Notes under the pieces: model-generated
Told to the model about the DNA's origin: nothing
Seen by the model: the letters and a program-made list of their open reading frames with translations, nothing else
Databases searched by the model: none
From: Octopus sinensis
Lineage: Eukaryota
Direction of reading: 5' to 3'
Length of the DNA stretch: 64,000 nt
Assembly (NCBI RefSeq): GCF_006345805.1
Contig: NC_042997.1
Location: forward strand, 180,668,001-180,732,000
Translations under genes and position numbers: made by a program
In this document: positions 56,532 to 64,000 of the stretch, in pieces
Layout: every line of letters begins with the position of its first letter
Position numbering within the stretch: position 1 is the stretch's first letter

Positions 56532-56535
<4 letters not shown>
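55950..56535. mobile_element. Second member of the (GAA)/(TTC) long-TIR family (partial)
   Basis: ctgctgcttaaacaatcaaa..gaattcatatcaaa and ctaagttgaaaaagtcgcaa..aaccggtactaaaatgttcttcatg match 16310-16350 and 17560-17620; ends at (TA)n. Confidence 0.75.
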
Positions 56536-56611
<76 letters not shown>

Positions 56612-59600
56612 TATAGTTACTAACATTCTCGCACAAAGATTCGGTTTCTTCGAAAGGGTAAATCCTTATTTTTCGGTATTAAGAAGTTTGTGTACCTTCT
56701 ACAAAATTTAATTTGGTTATACATTAGAGTAATAGTTCCACATGTAGGAAAATTTTTCAATACCCACATCGTAGAACCCATCCATATGATTATCTAAAAC
56801 TTTCTAGAATAAATTTTAAATGTTGAAAATAAAATCGAACTTTTGAAATAACGAGCCCATGAAAGAATTTAGACCGTCAGGAAATACTAAACACATTTTC
56901 CTGGAATACGCTCTACCGCCTTATAAAAGAACGGACATTGAATAATACAAATCTTGGTATATAAATGATCGTAGAGCTGAGTGACTTTGTTTTTAACCAT
57001 CTTTCAAACTAAATTGTGTAATGCTTCTTTTATAAGGATTTACAGACAGGCATTCAAAGAAACAAAGTCTTTCTATTTTGGTCTGAGAATATACAAAATA
57101 TCTTAGAAAGCCCCAAACAGAGCACAGTATTATTTTGTATTTGTTTAATTATAAATAAATAATGCTTTTAAACAATTAGGAGATCATGTACATGATGATC
57201 ATGGCTGTTTCCACGATGAATATTCAGCTGTTCAATCAACTGAACTATCCCCTTTATTGAATTATCATGTGTCTGTCTGAGTATTCTAAAGATATGTGTA
57301 CCTTAGTATAATTCTCAAGCCTAATCAGCATAAAAAAAATTGTTGCAATACTGACCCTTGAATTACAGGTACAATACATCTGGCAGTGTCCCCATTGTTT
57401 TTTCCTACCATATTTTATTCCCGAGTTTTCAGACCAACTGCGGTTGTGATAAAGTACATTTATGCAAGATGTCACACAATCTAGCCGCAATGATTGTGAA
57501 GTAAATCTCTTAACACGGCGATGTTTATGTCTACACAATAGTGGAAGAAAGTATCATTTTTCATATCTGAATGATTTGGAGTGAATCTATTTTGATATCC
57601 AATTTAAGCTTCTTGCATTACCATAATACTCTTAAAATTTTCATAAAATCATAAATTTGGAAAATCCAAATATGTATTGATTTCTTACATAGAAAAAATT
57701 GTCTGCCATAATTTATATAAAAACATTTAAATGGTTAAGAATTCATATTCAACATATTTCTATACCAAAATATTGTGGTAAGCTGTTGTTGAAGACGATT
57801 GTCGTACTACTTTCGATGCAAGGCATATCAACTTCACTTAATCACGTCCACCTATACATTTCAGATTTTACTGCTTTATAGAAAATCATTATAAGACTGA
57901 AGCAATGAGAATATAATTCAAGTAGACACTCGTCTACTCTTCGTGAAATATAGATTTACAAAACGAGATTTATCAAGCGAGAAACAACCGAGTGATTACA
58001 AGAATTAAAGGAATTGTCAAGTTATCATAATTTACAGTGCAAGCAATAACTGTTGCAAGTATCCTCTCGTTAATATGTAAATCTGAACTATTTATCGCTC
58101 TTACGATTCCATCGATGATTCTATAATTAGGCTACTGCACTGCTAGGAGACAAATACGATTGGTCAAGTTAACCACACAGAAATATTATGTTCAGAGTGG
58201 GATACGTATGCATACTTATTCATTATACACAAACACAAAACACTCAAAAACACACATAAACATACGCATATTCATATATTCATTTCTCATCACAGCAAAA
58301 ATTACATATGTGAAAGAAATTGAAGTACAATAAAGGAGCCTGTGTAGCACATATGCTTTAGGGATAGAGAAAGAGAGAATCACTTAGGAAGAGGAAACAT
58401 ATCTGTATGTTCTTCAGATCCTAAGTAAATTTGTTTACTATATTTAGTAGAAAAAAAGTGAATGCTAATGCTCTTTATGAAAAACGTAATTTTAATACCA
58501 ACATTTTCCATCAGCATTCATTTCATTTACTGAATAGAACGAATTAGTAGCGATCTCCTGGTGATATCAGCTCTTAACAAAAACCGATGGATGACCTTCA
58601 ACGCTTTCCAGAATACGTCTGTGCCGTACCGCTCGCTATGTTAAAAGATATGCACGCCGAAGATATACACGGAAGTATCTACAAGTTTACTTGCAACTTA
58701 TTATCATGATTACGGAGATGTACATGCATAGCGAGTGTTTTGATCTGAGATCTTGTATCGAAACGAAAGCGATTACTGCGTGGAAGACTTAAGTTAGCCA
58801 TTCAGAAACACACAAAACCGTTAACTTAAACGGTTAACTTTAAAATTGAGCAGAGATGAACAGCTTTTTGTCAGTAATCAGGTCACAGTTTCGTTCGATA
58901 AAAATCTTGACACCGTATTACGAATAAACTTTTAAGCGAAATGAACGGTCATTGTGTTCTTCTGAACGTCTAACTTATGTCTTCTACCCTACAATCACTG
59001 ATAATCCTTGTTTCAACTGAAAAAAGATTGTTTTCCATTTCTCTCTGCTGTAAATGACTTTGAAATTAGCAAATAAATGTATTAAACACACTTATACATT
59101 CCACCATGGGATTTCCTACAATAAAATTTTCATTGTACATATTTTCCATTTATTGCAGATCAGCATTAAGATGTCTAGATGCAAACAATTTTCACGTCAA
59201 ACTCTAGGCTAACATCCAATGAATTCTAACTGCTGTTCTAAGTACCACGATATTCAGTTACAAAAGTGTGGTATTTTCGTTTTCAAATCTTCATTTCAAT
59301 TATATGTTTGCCCTGCATATTACTTTTATCCGAAATACAACATATTTGTCACTATGCATTAAACTATGCACAACTATTCATTCTTCATATTTTACTCACA
59401 ATTTAGAAATCACTTGTTCTTGTTGTCAGCGTAACCAACACCCTAAGATTAAATAAACATAAGCTGCTCTGCCAACAACGCTTAAACGGAAGTGTGAAAT
59501 ATTAAATACTTGCACTGTTACGTATTACAATAACAAAGAAGGTACTGACGATGAATTATGTATTTTGAAGAAGGAAAATATTTTCATATCTTTTTCTGTC

Positions 59601-61409
59601 TGGTTTAGGCGGTTAGTGTGATTGCATATTCAGTTTGAACCTAATGTCTCAAATGATTGTTACTCTTCATTGTATTATGATTAAGAATAGCTGTTATATA
59701 GCTTTTGAATTTTTCAGCCTGTTAACTATTGTGAAACACAATTTGATTTTTGAGAACCAAGAAAAGATATCGGAATATAGACTTGTCTTTAGAGTCGTTA
59801 GGCCGTATTAGAAGTGAGGACTATGAAAACATGCTAAATTACCAAGTTACGCTGAAATCGCTGCACAATCTAAATTATATTTTATTTCTACCAGCCATCA
59901 TGAAATCAAACTTCACTGTGACCTCTTAATTAGCATCCTACTTTACAATTGCCATGTTTCTTTTTACTACGAAAATAGAAACATTCTGTCCTCTAAACTA
60001 GAACACTAGAAACACGAACTGGATTCCAGAATATTTCTTAATCCCATTTCTTATCATAAAGAGATTAATGCTGTCATCAGTTGATATAATATTGGTTACG
60101 TAAAGAAGCTTAAACAATTTCACAAATTTGATTATCTCCAAGATGCTCCAATTATATTTCTATCCAATATCTTAGAATCAACAGATGTGTATGATTCTCT
60201 TCTTTATGCTATCTTACTCACGCGTCTGCAACCTCTCCATCTTCCGATCACTTTCTTTCTTATACTCTGCATACTTCATAACCCACAAACTAAGAGATAT
60301 GCATCAAAATGTCCTCTGACTGGAAATATCTATTAAGTGTTGTCTCTTCTGATTCAATCAAGCATTTATGGTTTTCGTCTAAAACTGTTTTCACAGATAT
60401 GAGCACTTTTATTGTTTTCTATTTTCTTTTTCGATATTCTTTTTCTCTCTGATTAGTTGCCATAGTGAACTAGTGAAACGTGTCGGTTGAAGATTAACTA
60501 GAATGTTGTTCTGAGACCACTAAAATCTCTGTTTTTGTCTGTAATCAGTGATAATATTGTCTATTAGAGCATTCTGAGACAGTTATTGGTTAATTATTAT
60601 TTTTCTATTATTCTTCGTTTGAATGTAAAGACGCAAAGAATCTCAAGGGATAGATGATTTTCTTTAAAATTAGCCATTGGATATCGATTGAAATATTTTA
60701 CAAATTTCAATATTTCATGGCATGTTTCTAAGAAATTGTTTGCAAATAAATCCAATCATTTCTTTGAAGTCCTTATCTGAAATTTTGGCATTGAATCTAG
60801 TAGAGAAAAGGAAAAAAATGAAACAAAATAGAAATGCCTTACATTAAGTGTTAGTATTAACTATGCTGTCGTGTACGTTATTCACGTATCTCTGCTTTCC
60901 TTTGTCTAGAATTTGGGTTATTTTTCATTTTTTTCCTTCTAATGCAGGTATAGAAATAATTCATGTTCTCTCTTAAACATACACTGAAATTAAATTTAAA
61001 TTTTCAGTGTATACTAAGGAGTGTTTCCCTCATTCAAAACGACGTTTCTATTTCTATATTTCATCAGTGCAGCTCCATAGATAATTGAAAATATACATGT
61101 ACATACGGATATACGCAAACCTACCAAAGTAGCAACCTACATTGATACATACACAGACATGTATATGCCCATACACACGCAACATCATCATAAGTAAATA
61201 AATAAATATATAACTGTTGCGGCGAATTTCATCACATCGGCATACGAGGACCATTCATTTTAGTGTAATGTATACTATTTTACAAAGACTACAGAGCAGA
61301 AAATATTTAGGTTCCCAAGAGTATAGCTGGAGTAACATCAAAAACTTGGAGGATAAATGCTCATTATAATCGCAGGGTGTTATGCTTAGTTACATATATT
61401 TCAAGCTAA

Positions 61410-61700
<291 letters not shown>

Positions 61701-62494
61701 GACGGGAAAATGATTTTCCCACGAACATTAAAAGATAAATCACATTTCAACTAGAATCTTATACTTTTGTTACCCAGAAACAGCGTATAGCTACTATCTC
61801 ACCAACGAGAAAGATAAAAATAAAGATAAATTCTATGTATTAGAAAATACCAATTTTATTATGCCAGTGTGGAAGATATTACCCACATGAGTAACTTTCC
61901 AAAAGTACTCGCAAGTAACGCACTATCCGTGATGCGATACATAGTCACGAAAAACCATTTATAATGCAATCCGCAAGAAGGATTGCTTTGATGGCTGTAC
62001 CAGAGTCACAACAGAACCAGCATAAAGATAAAGAATACTTGTGGAACATTCCAAATAAAAAAAGCACAAACTTTATATGAACACAAGAGACTAGATATGG
62101 TTCTTTGGGATTAGCGATACAAACCACAGACTGTTTAGATATCATATGGCCAAGTTGATATAAATGGGTCGTTAAAAATTGCAGAAAAGGAGAAATTTTA
62201 TGGAACAGTAATGAGAAAATTACAGCATATATACGTAAGCTAAAGACTTCTATTTGAATTATTACCACCGGTGCAGTGGACAATGTGAAAATATATTTGC
62301 ATAAAAACCGGAATTGTTGTGGTTCTCTACATAAAAACAGAGCAAACTGATTCGCTCTTACCAAATGCAATGAATTTACTGTACAGTAAAATTATTAGCT
62401 ATTCCACGATTCTACATTTGAGTTTGTAGGGTTGCTCACATGCACAGAGTGACATATGATCACACACACACATACATATATGAGTAGTAATACG

Positions 62495-62826
62495 GCACAT
62501 ACAACTATGTGAAGCCGCTGGAAACTGTGGTCAAAGCCTGACTGGAGACTATTGCTGTTGGAAAGACATATTTGTGGCAGCAGAATTCAGATCCTTACCA
62601 TATCACAGGAAAGAGTCAGAGGTGGTTGTCGAAGAATTTCTGCAACTTCAGTACACCTGATTCTGGGCTTCTAAAGCCTTCGAATGTAATCCTATTGATT
62701 ATTCTGTGTATAGTGCGGTTAAGAATGACACCAACCGCTCTGTCTGCAACGGCAAGGCCGAGTTGGCAGCCAAGATCAAGGAGGTATTTGAATATGTTTT
62801 CCGAGATAGATTGAGAAAAACATGCG
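62495..62826 (+). mobile_element. maT/DD37D-like transposase fragment
   Basis: 'WQQNSDPYH..KSQRWLSKNF', 'NPIDYSVYSAV.NDTN...C..K.EL..KIKEVF' match the catalytic C-terminus of Tc1/mariner maT-type elements; frameshifted. Confidence 0.7.
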
Positions 62827-64000
62827 TATTCCTGGTTTTGCAGTCTTCAAGGATCATTTTGTTTATCAGCAATTGGTCCTTGCATCCGTAGCTCCCTTTT
62901 CGACAGCCTTTTTGTTCTGGTGGGTTGTTTTCTTCTAGGAACGTGTATGTTCTTTCAGTGATTACAGATGTTAATATTTTATACATTGTTGGTAGACAGG
63001 TGATTGGTCTATAGTTCTTTGGGTTTTCTCTGTCATTTGTTTTTGGTATTAGGTATGTCACTCCCTGTGTCAACCAGTCTGGGCTATTTTCTGGGTTTTT
63101 CATGACTTCGTTGTATGCTGATGGCATATCTCCATATATATGAACTAGCTGCTTGATCCAGAAGTTTGCTACAAGATCTATTCGCGGTGACTTCCAATTG
63201 CTGACCTTTTTCAGGGCCAGGGTGACCTCCTCCTTTTGAATATTTTCCCCTTCCTGTACTTCTTATTTTCCAGGGGTGTTTCTTATTCCTTAATCCATTC
63301 TGCATCTTCATTATATTGTTTTTCATTTTCCCATATCGTACTCCAGAAATTTTCCATATCCTCTTTCTTTGGCGGTTGCTCAACATCTATTTGTTGTTTA
63401 CCGAGTTTCCTGTCATTTTTTTTTTCCATTTTCTTTAAATAATTTGTTTTTTCTAAATTCTCTTTGTATCTCGTGACAGTCGTTGTGCCTTTGCTTGGAT
63501 TTTTTGCTTTAGGTTTTCTTTTGCTTCAGGTATTTCATTATTTTGCTTGATTCCATGCCTTTTGCATATTTTCTTGGCTTTTCTTTGGTTGACCTGGTTT
63601 CCGTTACCTGTTTCGGTCAGTATTGATAGGTCACCTCTCAGGCATTGTATATCCTTTTCTAAGTTTTCTTTCCATTTTGGTTGTCTTTTCTTCTGTTGAG
63701 CAGTTTTCCGTTTTAGTTTTATGCCTTTTGCTTCAGTAATAGCTGCAGCTGTAGCACAGGCTAGTTGGTTTAGCGATGTTATATTTAGTGGCTCTATCGT
63801 TGTTGATTTTATCTCATCTATTACATTATTGCCAATTTTAATCGACTCCTTCAGGTTCTTATCCATACTGACCTTTGGTAGGGGCTCTGTCTGTGATGTC
63901 TTGTGATTTTACCTGTTCCCATTTTCTCTGTATTTCTTCTTTTAGCTCCAAATATTTCTTCCTATCCATGTCACTGTTTCGTGCTATTGGTTGTTTTACA
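62827..64000 (-). mobile_element. R4/Dong-like non-LTR retrotransposon fragment (N-terminal RT region), continues beyond window
   Basis: 'PDWLTQGVTYLIPK..NPKNYRPITCLPTMYKILT..EQKGCRKGSYGCKDQLLINKMILED' plus upstream 'KQKIQAKAQRL.R'; broken before the KAFD motif. Confidence 0.8.

Overview
AT-rich (roughly one-third GC by eye) animal genomic DNA, dense in microsatellites ((TA)n, (CA)n, (ATGT)n, (GATA)n, (GAA)n, (TAG)n) and transposable-element debris. The SINE repertoire looks like that of an Octopus-type cephalopod; this is inferred from recalled consensus sequences, not from a search. No host protein-coding gene can be called with confidence. Most short ORFs in the track are microsatellite translations, and only a few weak candidate exons were seen. 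Supported content: four tRNA-derived SINE families; RTE-, CR1-, R4/Dong- and Tx1/L1-type LINE fragments; Penelope-like elements (PLE); remnants of mariner, Tc1 (TRT-like), maT and Chapaev3-like DNA transposons; and long inverted-repeat elements. Two features stand out. (1) A young, GC-rich Tx1-clade retrotransposon is present as four 5'-truncated copies, each bounded at both ends by (GATA)n, suggesting microsatellite-specific targeting. (2) At least four different non-coding element families carry type I hammerhead-ribozyme folds, some with non-canonical cores; most end in (TA)n tracts, and two related insertions carry perfect fold-back inversions.
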